IMG/VR virus record: IMGVR_UViG_3300044640_001495
Coordinates: 1-64,000 of that record
Strand: one strand, 5' to 3'
DNA: 64,000 nt
Of this stretch, positions 17,325 to 26,475 are shown piece by piece (the stretch's first letter is position 1; each line of letters starts with the position of its first letter). A program made the translations under genes and the position numbers. The notes below the pieces were generated by a model, which saw only the letters and a program-made list of their open reading frames with translations, searched no databases and had not been told where the DNA came from.

Positions 17325-19658
17325 ATGGAAATAACAGTAATCAAAAGAAATGGTGATCGAGAGCCACTCACCATTGAGAAATGGCAGGCACAGGTGGCAA
17401 AAGTATGTAGCGGTATTGCAGATGTTAGCCAAAGCATGATCGAGATCAAAGCACAGCCACATTTTTATGACGGCATAACCACAAGAGAAGTAGATGAAAT
17501 CACTCTAAGAGCCATTGTGGATCTCATAGACGTTGAAAACAATCCCGACGTTGGTCATACCAATTATCAGTATGTAGCAGGCAAACAGCGAGTTAGCATG
17601 TTGCGTAAAGATGTTTACGGTAGCTACACTCCCCCTAGTCTATATGAAATAGTCAAGACAAATGTGGCCACCGGTCTGTACACGCCAGACCTACTTGTGT
17701 GGTACACAGAAGATGACTGGAACAAGATGAATGACATGTTGGATCATGAAAAGGATGAAACATATTCATATGCTGCCATTGAGCAATTGATAGAAAAGTA
17801 TCTAGTTAAAAATCGTAGTACAAAACAAACATACGAAACTCCACAAATTAGATATATGGTTGCAGCCGCTACTGTTTTTCATAAAGAAGAACCTAATGCA
17901 TCACGTATGCGTTATATCAAGGAATACTACAATGCAGCCTCCGATGGTCTATTTACTCTTGCTACTCCTGTCCTTGCTGGTCTCGGTACCCCTACTAAAC
18001 AATTCAGTTCGTGCGTACTTATTCGCAGTGATGATGACTTGGATAGTATTTTTGCTTCAGGTGAAATGATGGCCAAGTATGCCAGCAAACGTGCAGGCAT
18101 TGGTTTAGAAATTGGACGACTACGTCCATTAGGCAGTCCCATCCGTGGTGGTGAGATTATGCACACAGGTATGATACCCTTCTTGAAGAAGTGGTTTGGT
18201 GACCTGCGTAGTTGCAGTCAAGGAGGTATTCGTAATGCAAGTGCTACTGTTTTTTATCCTATTTGGCATCATCAGTTTGATGATCTTATTGTTCTTAAGA
18301 ACAACCAAGGAACAGAAGAAACCCGAGTCCGTCATATGGATTATGGGGTTGTGCTTAGTGCCTTCTTCTGGAGACGATTCAAAAACAAAGAAGACATAAC
18401 CTTCTTTGATCCCAACGAAGTACCTGACCTATACGAAGCGTTTTACAAAGACACTGAGTTGTTTGAAGAACTCTATGTCAAGTACGAAAAACAAAAAGGC
18501 CTCCGTAAGAAAACGATGAGTGCCGAAGAAGTGTTCAAGAGTGGTATACTAAAAGAGCGCACAGACACGGGTCGAATATATCTCGTATTCATTGATAATG
18601 TCATGAACCAAGGACCTTTTGATCCTGAGTACCATACGATTTATCAAAGTAACTTGTGCTGTGAGATCCTATTACCCACACGTTCATTTAAGCGATTAGA
18701 CGACGATAGTGGACGCATAGCGTTATGTACACTGGGATCTATCAACTGGGGATCGTTCCGCAATCCAGAGGATATGCGTAGAGCCTGTAGGATTCTACAG
18801 CGTAGCCTGTGTAACATTCTTGACTATCAAGATTTCTTGTCGATACAGAGTAAACTTAGTAACGACGAGATACAACCACTAGGTATTGGTGTTACAAATC
18901 TTGCCTACTGGCATGCCAAGCGTGGACTCAAGTATGGCGAGAAAGATGCACTACAGGATGTTAAAACCTGGATGGAGCACCAAGCGTTCTACTTAACAGA
19001 AGCCACAGTTGAATTAGCCAAAGAACGTGGCCCGTGTACAGAGAGTCATAAAACTAGATATGGACAAGGCGTCTTTCCCTGGGAACTTCGTGCCAAGGGT
19101 GTTAATGAACTGGCAGACTTCGCTCCTGAACTTGATTGGGAAACACTACGTGGTAATATGAAGCAGTACGGTGTGCGTAATGCCACATTGATGGCCATTG
19201 CCCCTGTTGAAAGTTCAAGTGTTGTTATTAACTCAACCAATGGCATTGAAATGCCCATGAGCCTAATATCAGTTAAAGAATCAAAGGCAGGATCATTTGT
19301 ACAGGTTGTTCCTGAATACCATAAACTAAAAAACAAATATCAAATGATGTGGGAACAGAAAGACTGTGATGGCTATTTGAAAACAGCCGCAGTTCTTGCT
19401 GCCTATGTTGATCAATCAATTTCAACTAACACATTCTACAATCCAGCACACTGGGCAGATCGTAAAGTGCCTACTACATTGATTGCTAAAAATTTGATGC
19501 AGGCGCACATGTGGGGATTGAAAACATTCTACTACAGCCTGATTAATAAGGCAGGTAGCAAAGCAATGGCCGAAGCAACTCCCGAAGTACACTACAACGG
19601 GTTCCATAACGAAAGAGAAGTAATCGAAGACGAAGACTGCGAGGCATGTAAATTATGA
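17325..19658 (+). CDS. nrdA: ribonucleoside-diphosphate reductase class Ia alpha subunit with ATP cone
   Basis: VIKRNG ATP cone, QFSSC, SNLCCEI, TFYYS and C-terminal CEACKL. Confidence 0.97.
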   Translation: MEITVIKRNGDREPLTIEKWQAQVAKVCSGIADVSQSMIEIKAQPHFYDGITTREVDEITLRAIVDLIDVENNPDVGHTNYQYVAGKQRVSMLRKDVYGSYTPPSLYEIVKTNVATGLYTPDLLVWYTEDDWNKMNDMLDHEKDETYSYAAIEQLIEKYLVKNRSTKQTYETPQIRYMVAAATVFHKEEPNASRMRYIKEYYNAASDGLFTLATPVLAGLGTPTKQFSSCVLIRSDDDLDSIFASGEMMAKYASKRAGIGLEIGRLRPLGSPIRGGEIMHTGMIPFLKKWFGDLRSCSQGGIRNASATVFYPIWHHQFDDLIVLKNNQGTEETRVRHMDYGVVLSAFFWRRFKNKEDITFFDPNEVPDLYEAFYKDTELFEELYVKYEKQKGLRKKTMSAEEVFKSGILKERTDTGRIYLVFIDNVMNQGPFDPEYHTIYQSNLCCEILLPTRSFKRLDDDSGRIALCTLGSINWGSFRNPEDMRRACRILQRSLCNILDYQDFLSIQSKLSNDEIQPLGIGVTNLAYWHAKRGLKYGEKDALQDVKTWMEHQAFYLTEATVELAKERGPCTESHKTRYGQGVFPWELRAKGVNELADFAPELDWETLRGNMKQYGVRNATLMAIAPVESSSVVINSTNGIEMPMSLISVKESKAGSFVQVVPEYHKLKNKYQMMWEQKDCDGYLKTAAVLAAYVDQSISTNTFYNPAHWADRKVPTTLIAKNLMQAHMWGLKTFYYSLINKAGSKAMAEATPEVHYNGFHNEREVIEDEDCEACKL

Positions 19659-20755
19659 GCAAACAACAATATAACCTAACCACAAAAACAGACTATCTCA
19701 ATCGCAAGATGTTTCTGGATCCAGCAGGGCCAGTGACCATTCAACGCTTTGAAGAAGTAAAATATAAAAAGATTGCAGACTTTGATTCAACTGCCCGAGG
19801 ATTCTTTTGGCAACCAGAAGAGATTAGTTTGACTAAAGATTCGAACGATTTTAAAGATGCCAGCGATGCTGTCAAACATATCTTCACTAGCAACCTACTT
19901 CGTCAAACAGCACTGGATAGTTTGCAAGGTCGTGGACCAACACAGGTATTTACTCCGGTGTGTAGTCTCCCTGAAGTAGAAGCACTTATGTACAACTGGG
20001 GATTCTTTGAAACAAATATTCACAGTAAGAGTTACAGCCATATTATTCGTAACATTTACAATGTACCCAAGGATGTGTTCAACACCATCCATGACACTCG
20101 AGAAATTGTAGACATGGCCAGTTCGGTAGGCAACTACTATGACAAGCTACACGTTATTAACTGCCGTAAAGAACTTGGACAAGAGGTTACTGAGAAAGAA
20201 CACGTTAAGGCTGTTTGGTTGGCACTACATGCCAGCTATGCGCTAGAAGCGTTCCGCTTTATGGTTAGCTTTGCCACCAGCTTGGCCATGGTAGAGAATA
20301 AAATCTTTATGGGTAATGGCAACATCATTCAATTGATCTTGCAAGATGAACTCTTACACAAAGGGTGGACTGCTTATATGATCAATCAAGTGGTCAAAGA
20401 GGATGCTCGATTTGTCGAAGCTCGAGAAGAATGCCATGCAGAAGTGTATCAACTTTACATGGATGTTATTCGTGAAGAAAAAGAATGGGCCACCTATTTG
20501 TTCAAGTTAGGTCCTGTTATTGGACTCAATGCCAACATCCTAAAAGATTTTGTAGATTATACCGCAGTGGGCGCATTAAAAGATATTGGTATCAAGTATC
20601 TTCAGGCCGCACCAAAATCAACTCCAATTCCGTGGTTCAACAAGCACACAGATACCAGCAAGAAACAAAGTGCTCTACAAGAAACAGAAAGCACAAACTA
20701 TGTTATCGGCGTCATGGGAGAAAATATTGACTATGCTGAATTGCCGGCTATATAA
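19655..20755 (+). CDS. nrdB: ribonucleoside-diphosphate reductase class Ia beta subunit
   Basis: FWQPEEISL, ETNIHSKSY, LEAFRF and DELLH di-iron motifs; QETESTNY tail. Confidence 0.97.
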   Translation: MSKQQYNLTTKTDYLNRKMFLDPAGPVTIQRFEEVKYKKIADFDSTARGFFWQPEEISLTKDSNDFKDASDAVKHIFTSNLLRQTALDSLQGRGPTQVFTPVCSLPEVEALMYNWGFFETNIHSKSYSHIIRNIYNVPKDVFNTIHDTREIVDMASSVGNYYDKLHVINCRKELGQEVTEKEHVKAVWLALHASYALEAFRFMVSFATSLAMVENKIFMGNGNIIQLILQDELLHKGWTAYMINQVVKEDARFVEAREECHAEVYQLYMDVIREEKEWATYLFKLGPVIGLNANILKDFVDYTAVGALKDIGIKYLQAAPKSTPIPWFNKHTDTSKKQSALQETESTNYVIGVMGENIDYAELPAI

Positions 20756-20775
20756 TACAGTTAAAAGGACACATC

Positions 20776-21024
20776 ATGGAAGTAATAGTTTGGAGCAAGT
20801 ACCATTGCCCTTATTGTGATCAAGCAAAAGCATTGTTGACACAGCAAGGTGTTAAATTTGAAGAACGTAAAATTGGTGACGGTTACACTCGAGAAGAATT
20901 GTTAGAAGCTGTACCAACTGCTAGAACAGTACCACAAATTATCATCAATGGTAATGTAATTGGTGGCTTTACAGAATTAAGAAAATATATCGATGAAACT
21001 GGTTTCAACGGTAGCGGATACTAA
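20776..21024 (+). CDS. grxC: glutaredoxin
   Basis: CPYC, TVPQI and IGGFTEL motifs. Confidence 0.92.
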   Translation: MEVIVWSKYHCPYCDQAKALLTQQGVKFEERKIGDGYTREELLEAVPTARTVPQIIINGNVIGGFTELRKYIDETGFNGSGY

Positions 21025-21038
21025 TTAGGAAAATATAA

Positions 21039-21356
21039 ATGTTATTTAATAAACAAAAATTTGCAGCAGGTGATATCATCTCAGTTAAATTGATTACTGG
21101 AGAAGAAGTCATGGGCAAATTTGTGGAAGACACAATGGGAACTATCACTCTAGATCGTCCTTTAATGTTGGCCATGACACAGAAAGGACCAGCAATGTCT
21201 CCAGTACTGATGACAGTTCATCCGGATGCCAAGTTGACATTTAATTCAAGTGCAATCATCACCATGGCAGAAACAGATCCGGAAGTTGGCAAGCAGTATG
21301 TATTCCAGACCACAGGCATTCAGCCAGTAAGTGCTGGTAGTATTATCAAAGGTTAA
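21039..21356 (+). CDS. conserved phage hypothetical protein (possible Sm-like beta-barrel)
   Basis: IISVKLITGEEVMGK pattern. Confidence 0.5.
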   Translation: MLFNKQKFAAGDIISVKLITGEEVMGKFVEDTMGTITLDRPLMLAMTQKGPAMSPVLMTVHPDAKLTFNSSAIITMAETDPEVGKQYVFQTTGIQPVSAGSIIKG

Positions 21357-21359
21357 TCT

Positions 21360-21740
21360 ATGGCCGCAGGAGACCCAATTGATTACAGTAGTTACTATGC
21401 CGATATTGCTACAGCATTAGGAACAATTGCAACGAATTCAACTGATATTAAGAATTCGTTGGCCATAATTGCTGCCCAAACAACTACCTTAGCTAGTACA
21501 TTAGGGGAAATCGAAGGTCATCAGCAAAAATTGCGTGAGCTTGGCGAAGGCCCTGGTATCCATATTATTGGGCCTTATGAATTAGTGCAATTCATCACCT
21601 CATATAGAAGTCTAATTGAAGAAGGCAAACTGCTGAGTTTTCGTGATAAACAGCCGTCGGACAAAGAAGTTAGCAAAGCACTAAATGATCTTGGCAACTA
21701 TATAGCAAAGATCAAACAGAATATTCCCAAGGATTTTTAA
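21360..21740 (+). CDS. hypothetical protein
   Basis: 126 aa ORF. Confidence 0.6.
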   Translation: MAAGDPIDYSSYYADIATALGTIATNSTDIKNSLAIIAAQTTTLASTLGEIEGHQQKLRELGEGPGIHIIGPYELVQFITSYRSLIEEGKLLSFRDKQPSDKEVSKALNDLGNYIAKIKQNIPKDF

Positions 21741-21741
21741 T

Positions 21742-22704
21742 ATGCCAGGAGTATCGAGACAAGGCGCCGATATTGCCGGCGGAACAATCGCAGCAGGTTC
21801 TTCTAATGTTTTTGTAAATGGTTCACCAATTGCAAGACTAGGAGATGCAGTAGCAGGTCACGGTCGTGGTTCGCATAGTAGCCCTACAATGGCTGGATCT
21901 AGTAGTACAGTATATGCTAACGGCATTCTAATATGTAGAGAAGGTGATGCGGCAACCTGTGGCCATCCTGCTACTGGCAGCGGAAATGTGTTCTCCGGAA
22001 CATTTGCATCCTTTGTAGTCCCTCCTGTAGTAATTGCTCCAGCAACACAAGCAGCCATTAACAGACAAACAAGTGCATATGTGGCTAATCCCGGTGCTTA
22101 CAATGTTGCATCTAACGACCAGGTTAAACAAAACTTTCCGGGTACTCCACAAGGAGCAGACGGTGAGAGTTTAATTGACACTGATGTGGTACTAGCCAGT
22201 GACATTCCTTCATTGCTGTCGCAGAATCTCGACGAAGCCGGCAAGGGGATTTGGGAAGAGACAGGAATGGGCGGCCGCGCCAGTAATTCTAGGATCACTG
22301 GTATATGGAAAGAACTTGGATATCCACAGACTGGTGCTTGGCTTACTGACCAAACTGCTTGGTGTATGGGTTATGTAAATTGGGTGTTGAAACGATGCGG
22401 CTACAGATTTGTGCAAACTGCCTGGGCTTTTGATATTAGGGATAAAGCTGCTGCATATAAAGCCGTTAAGATCCCACTTAATCAAGGACAGCCTGGAGAC
22501 ATAGCTTTATGGAGTTATGGTCATGTGAATTTTATCTATACTGCCAGTAGCGGAACATACTCTTTTGTTGGTGGTAATCAAAGCACTAAAGCAAAAAATG
22601 TTAATAATCCCTCGAGCGGGTCTGTGACAAGATCTTGGCCAAGCGGGTATCGAACACCCGGCGACAATTCCTTAATTGGAATATTTAGACCTGTTAAGGA
22701 ATAG
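21742..22704 (+). CDS. PAAR-domain spike tip fused to a CHAP/NlpC-P60-like peptidoglycan hydrolase domain
   Basis: PIARLGD...GH and CREGDAATCGH PAAR motifs; TAWCMGYVNW (Cys) and GHVNF (His) catalytic dyad. Confidence 0.8.
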   Translation: MPGVSRQGADIAGGTIAAGSSNVFVNGSPIARLGDAVAGHGRGSHSSPTMAGSSSTVYANGILICREGDAATCGHPATGSGNVFSGTFASFVVPPVVIAPATQAAINRQTSAYVANPGAYNVASNDQVKQNFPGTPQGADGESLIDTDVVLASDIPSLLSQNLDEAGKGIWEETGMGGRASNSRITGIWKELGYPQTGAWLTDQTAWCMGYVNWVLKRCGYRFVQTAWAFDIRDKAAAYKAVKIPLNQGQPGDIALWSYGHVNFIYTASSGTYSFVGGNQSTKAKNVNNPSSGSVTRSWPSGYRTPGDNSLIGIFRPVKE

Positions 22705-22705
22705 C

Positions 22706-23116
22706 ATGAAAAAATTCTTATGGAAAATATTAGGTTTCCTTAGTTTGGGAATGGCCTATGTTGGATTAGTTACACCAGGTATCCCCTACTCAATCTTTGT
22801 GGTGTTTGCGGCCTATTGCTTTGCCAAAGGTAGTCCCAAGATGCATGCCTGGATTTACAATCACAAACTGTTTGGACCGTTCCTTACTAACTGGGGTGAA
22901 AAGCGTGTGTTCCCACAGAAGATGAAATACTTCATGTTGTTCATGATGACAACCAGTTTGATCACCATGTGGTTGACAGCAGTCCCAGTTCGTGGTATAA
23001 TATACACAGCAGTGTTTATGATGCTGGTGGCCATATGGGCTTGGAGATTCCCCAGCTCAGTTGAAGAATATGACAACAGAAAAGCACAAGGTAAAAAAAT
23101 TGGATGGATTAAATGA
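22706..23116 (+). CDS. DUF454/YbaN-family inner membrane protein
   Basis: GLVTPGIP..F...AAYCFAKGSP..H.W...H..FGP..NW motif. Confidence 0.8.
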   Translation: MKKFLWKILGFLSLGMAYVGLVTPGIPYSIFVVFAAYCFAKGSPKMHAWIYNHKLFGPFLTNWGEKRVFPQKMKYFMLFMMTTSLITMWLTAVPVRGIIYTAVFMMLVAIWAWRFPSSVEEYDNRKAQGKKIGWIK

Positions 23117-23763
23117 CACCTACCTATAAGGTCACTCCACTGTTTGGCGTGCCTTTGTACCAGACCAACATTGGGTCATTGGATAAAGGCATGCGCGAAT
23201 TCATTGAAAATCAAGAATATGAACGCATGGCCGCCGACAACGGTGACTATACAGTGAACAAGTATATTTTAGATACTCCAGAACTTGCTCCGTTGAAAGC
23301 TAAAATTATGAAAGCGGCAGATAATTTTATCTACACAGTCTTAGACGTAAAACGCAACATGGATTTTCGCATGGAGAACAGTTGGGTGAATCGTCATTAC
23401 ACAGGCGACTACTCTGGACAACACTATCATGGCAACAGCCTTATCAGTGGTGTTTATTACATAGACACAGGCGTTGATACTGGTGCATTTGTATGTCACA
23501 AAGACAAGGGCAACTATAACCTATGGACCGAAACTGTGAGAGTGGACTTCAATTATCAAGACCACGGTAACGATGCCAAGCTGAATTTCTTCAATGCCGA
23601 TGCTTGGGGTTTGTATCCTGCCAAAAATGACCTAATCATGTTCCCATCCATGATGACTCATTCGGTTGAGGAAAATCAATCGTCAAAGATACGATACAGT
23701 TTGGCCTTTAACCTATTCCCCCGAGGCACAGCCGGTGGTGTAATCAATACCCTAACTGTTTAA
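23113..23763 (+). CDS. 2OG-Fe(II) oxygenase (TIGR02466-like)
   Basis: LFGVPLY, SWVN, HYHGNSLISGVYY, MFPSMMTHSV and RYSLAFN. Confidence 0.85.
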   Translation: MTPTYKVTPLFGVPLYQTNIGSLDKGMREFIENQEYERMAADNGDYTVNKYILDTPELAPLKAKIMKAADNFIYTVLDVKRNMDFRMENSWVNRHYTGDYSGQHYHGNSLISGVYYIDTGVDTGAFVCHKDKGNYNLWTETVRVDFNYQDHGNDAKLNFFNADAWGLYPAKNDLIMFPSMMTHSVEENQSSKIRYSLAFNLFPRGTAGGVINTLTV

Positions 23764-24411
23764 ATGCAACATAGAATAACGCCATTGTTTGCAATACCTT
23801 TGTTTCAAACACATCTAGGCAATCTCAATATCATTACCAAAACTTGGTTAAAAAATCTTGAGTATCCTTATCAACGAACCGGCCACGATGGCACTGACGA
23901 AGATCTCGATGAGGGATCAAAAGGCATGTACATTCTAGACAAACCTCAACTCAAGAATTTGCGTAAACAGATAACAGACGCAATTGATTATTTTGTGCAT
24001 CAATCGTTGGGCGTCGACGATGGTATAAAATTTGATATATCAACCAGCTGGGCCAATCGATATCTAAATGATGAACTTGTGATTAAACATAATCATAAAA
24101 ATTCTATGATCAGTGGAGTCTACTATATAGAAACAACAGCCACCACTGCTCCAATTGTGTTTGAACAGGCATGGTCGCATGTGAACCTGTTTCACTCAAC
24201 AACAACGCCCACGTTTAAAAAAACTCATGTGAACGAGTATAACTCAAGCACACATACCATTTATCCGAGAACTGGAGATCTCTTGTTGTTCCCTTCCCAT
24301 CTAGAACATACAGTTCCCGCAAGTGATTCAACAGACACTAGATACAGTCTAGCATTTAATTGTTTTGCTAGAGGACATATGGGATTTGGAACTGGACAAA
24401 TAACACTATGA
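23764..24411 (+). CDS. 2OG-Fe(II) oxygenase (TIGR02466-like), tandem paralog
   Basis: HNHKNSMISGVYY, LFPSHLEHTV and RYSLAFN. Confidence 0.85.
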   Translation: MQHRITPLFAIPLFQTHLGNLNIITKTWLKNLEYPYQRTGHDGTDEDLDEGSKGMYILDKPQLKNLRKQITDAIDYFVHQSLGVDDGIKFDISTSWANRYLNDELVIKHNHKNSMISGVYYIETTATTAPIVFEQAWSHVNLFHSTTTPTFKKTHVNEYNSSTHTIYPRTGDLLLFPSHLEHTVPASDSTDTRYSLAFNCFARGHMGFGTGQITL

Positions 24412-24656
24412 AAAAAATAACACTAGACCAATTGGTAGAAATTGCCGCAGAAGTAGAAGCTGGCGATCCCGCAGATTGGGGTAAACTTGCTGTTGGGCAA
24501 GAACAGGCATTTAGAATGATTGGCACAAGTATACTTGACATGTTTGACAAAGAAGTGTATACTGATGATGACAAACTGATAATGTTGGCAACTATTACTA
24601 AACTAACAGTTGAAAACATGTTGCTTAATCTAAAGATTATGGATAAAAGTTCATAA
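24408..24656 (+). CDS. hypothetical protein
   Basis: 82 aa ORF with ATGA overlap. Confidence 0.6.
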   Translation: MKKITLDQLVEIAAEVEAGDPADWGKLAVGQEQAFRMIGTSILDMFDKEVYTDDDKLIMLATITKLTVENMLLNLKIMDKSS

Positions 24657-24703
24657 ATAACTCACACAGACAGCATAAATTTACAAACAAGGAAAATAGT
24701 AAA

Positions 24704-24907
24704 ATGGTAACAGGAAAAGTAAAATGGTTTAACGACGCCAAAGGTTTTGGATTCATTACTCCGGACGATGGTGGCGCAGACTTATTTGCTCACTTTTCAC
24801 AGATTAATTCGAGTGGCTTCAAGAGCCTACAAGAAGGACAAAGTGTAAGGTTTGAAGTGACTCAGGGTCAAAAAGGCGAGCAGGCTAGTAATATTCAAGC
24901 TGCCTAA
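24704..24907 (+). CDS. cspA: cold-shock protein
   Basis: [17 protein letters not shown] (RNP1) and LFAHFS (RNP2). Confidence 0.95.
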   Translation: MVTGKVKWFNDAKGFGFITPDDGGADLFAHFSQINSSGFKSLQEGQSVRFEVTQGQKGEQASNIQAA

Positions 24908-24910
24908 AAA

Positions 24911-25270
24911 ATTGTTGTAGAAGTCTTAAAGTAAGGCATTCTGGACGCGGGTTCGACTCCCGCCAGGTCCACCATAAAGGAGATTAGTATGGATAACGAA
25001 TATAGTGCTCTAGTTGGCTTTATTGTTGTTATCGTAGTATTTGCTCTAGTCCTTTTATGATGGGCCTGCCATGGTTTCGACAGGGTGAGATAGGATAAAG
25101 ATCAACACGTGGGGTCACGTAAAATACAAAAAACGTAAATGCAAACGCAGATACATTCGACTTCAGCGCAATGAGCTTCACTGGAAACACTGTTTCCGGC
25201 AAAAGCAAAGTTGCTCTAGCTGCCTAAAAAACAGCGGTCCGAGGTAGTTATACCTTGTCATCCAAAATAG
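24911..25270 (+). ncRNA. ssrA: circularly permuted (two-piece) tmRNA
   Basis: Acceptor piece ...GGACGCGGGTTCGACTCCCGCCAGGTCCACCA ends at 24974. The coding piece starts GGGCCTG at 25062 and pairs with CAGGTCC, including G3-U70. Tag ORF 25141-25227 encodes ANADTFDFSAMSFTGNTVSGKSKVALAA*. Outer boundaries are approximate. Confidence 0.9.
24989..25060 (+). CDS. 23-aa hydrophobic peptide encoded in the tmRNA intervening segment
   Basis: AAGGAG RBS directly after CCA; MDNEYSALVGFIVVIVVFALVLL*; stop ends 1 nt before the tmRNA 5' end. Confidence 0.55.
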   Translation: MDNEYSALVGFIVVIVVFALVLL

Positions 25271-25271
25271 C

Positions 25272-25298
25272 AGAACCCGCTTCGGCGGGTTTCTTTTT
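25272..25298 (+). terminator. intrinsic terminator after tmRNA
   Basis: agaacccgc-TTCG-gcgggtttcttttt. Confidence 0.88.
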
Positions 25299-25328
25299 GG
25301 CAATATTTCCAAATTATCGTCTCGAAGT

Positions 25329-25371
25329 TGTGCGTGTACGCACATGTTTTGTTTGAAAGTTCACGTATAAT
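25329..25371 (+). promoter_or_regulatory. putative activator-dependent promoter with CRP-family-like palindrome at -41.5
   Basis: TGTGCG-TGTA-CGCACA at 25329-25344, TATAAT at 25366-25371, no consensus -35. Confidence 0.5.
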
Positions 25372-25403
25372 GGTAGGATCATATTATTTAAAAAGGAAAA
25401 ATT

Positions 25404-26300
25404 ATGACAACAACAATTACAATCAAAGACAAACCGATTAACGCAACCTATCAAAATGTTACAGGCCTAACAGGCGGAACCGGAACAGGTGCTGCTTTTG
25501 ATGTTACTAAAACAGACGGAGTATACTCTGTTGTTCTAGACAGTCTAGTAGCCAGTGCAGGATCGGGATACCTTGCTGGTGACACAATCACTCTTGCTGG
25601 TACGGCACTAGGCGGAGCGGCAGCTAACAACTTGATCGTTACTGTTGCTACAGTTGGCACTGCTGGTAAAATTGCTACGTTCGGTGTAGTAGGTACAGGT
25701 CGTGCTGGCGACGGCACAGTTGATATTACAGTTGATGTTACCGGTACTACAGGTATTGACACTTACACAATGGGAGGCGCAAGCACAGAGTTCACAACAA
25801 CTAAAACTGCTAGTAAAGTAACCTTGGCAAGTACCTTGATATCTAACATGGAATTTAATCTTGCTGATCACGAGCGTGTTGTATTCACAGACAAAGCTAT
25901 TGCCTATGATGCCGCAGGTCGTGCAGGTGATGTATACTCATTACTAGCAGCCGCACTTGGTACTGCTGATGTTACTAACGCATACAAAGGCATTGGCATT
26001 GATCTAGCCGACAAAGGTTGGACCAACAAACAATTGGCAGAAGCCCTATTAAACACAGACGTTTACAAAACAGACGCAGGTGGGGTTGGCAATGAAACTT
26101 TCATCAAGCACGTTTACAAAAACGTATTTGGCACTGATGCTGCATTGACACAGGTTACAGACTACACAGTATGGATGACTAACAATAACCTGTCACAAGC
26201 TGATGTTTTGGTTGCCGCAAGTGAGTTAGCAGCTTTTGAAACAACTATTGGGTTGGTCGGTTTAGCCACAACCGGCATTGAATATACTCCTGTTGTATAA
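25404..26300 (+). CDS. surface-protein-like ORF with DUF4214-like C-terminal domain
   Basis: Thr/Gly/Ala-rich beta region, then YSLLAAALG...NETFIKHVYKNVFG...LSQADVL. Confidence 0.65.
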   Translation: MTTTITIKDKPINATYQNVTGLTGGTGTGAAFDVTKTDGVYSVVLDSLVASAGSGYLAGDTITLAGTALGGAAANNLIVTVATVGTAGKIATFGVVGTGRAGDGTVDITVDVTGTTGIDTYTMGGASTEFTTTKTASKVTLASTLISNMEFNLADHERVVFTDKAIAYDAAGRAGDVYSLLAAALGTADVTNAYKGIGIDLADKGWTNKQLAEALLNTDVYKTDAGGVGNETFIKHVYKNVFGTDAALTQVTDYTVWMTNNNLSQADVLVAASELAAFETTIGLVGLATTGIEYTPVV

Positions 26301-26318
26301 TTAATTACACGCCAAGAC

Positions 26319-26342
26319 AGGCTCTTCGGAGCCTTTTCTTTA
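26319..26342 (+). terminator. intrinsic terminator
   Basis: aggctc-TTCG-gagccttttctt. Confidence 0.8.
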
Positions 26343-26398
26343 TTAATTTTTTCTATTAGCGTCATTAAAATAATTATTGAAAAAACTATTAAAATTGC

Positions 26399-26427
26399 TT
26401 GACCTATAGGTTAAATAAACGTACAAT
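26399..26427 (+). promoter_or_regulatory. sigma70-type promoter
   Basis: TTGACC-N17-TACAAT upstream of ahpC. Confidence 0.7.
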
Positions 26428-26475
26428 ATAATATCAGTACAAACACTGAGTTTTTATCACACACAAGGAGAAGAT

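Noticed and set aside
17325-20755. Introns, inteins or homing endonucleases in nrdA/nrdB
   Set aside because: Both ORFs are uninterrupted and of normal length, with no intein or LAGLIDADG/HNH/GIY-YIG motifs.
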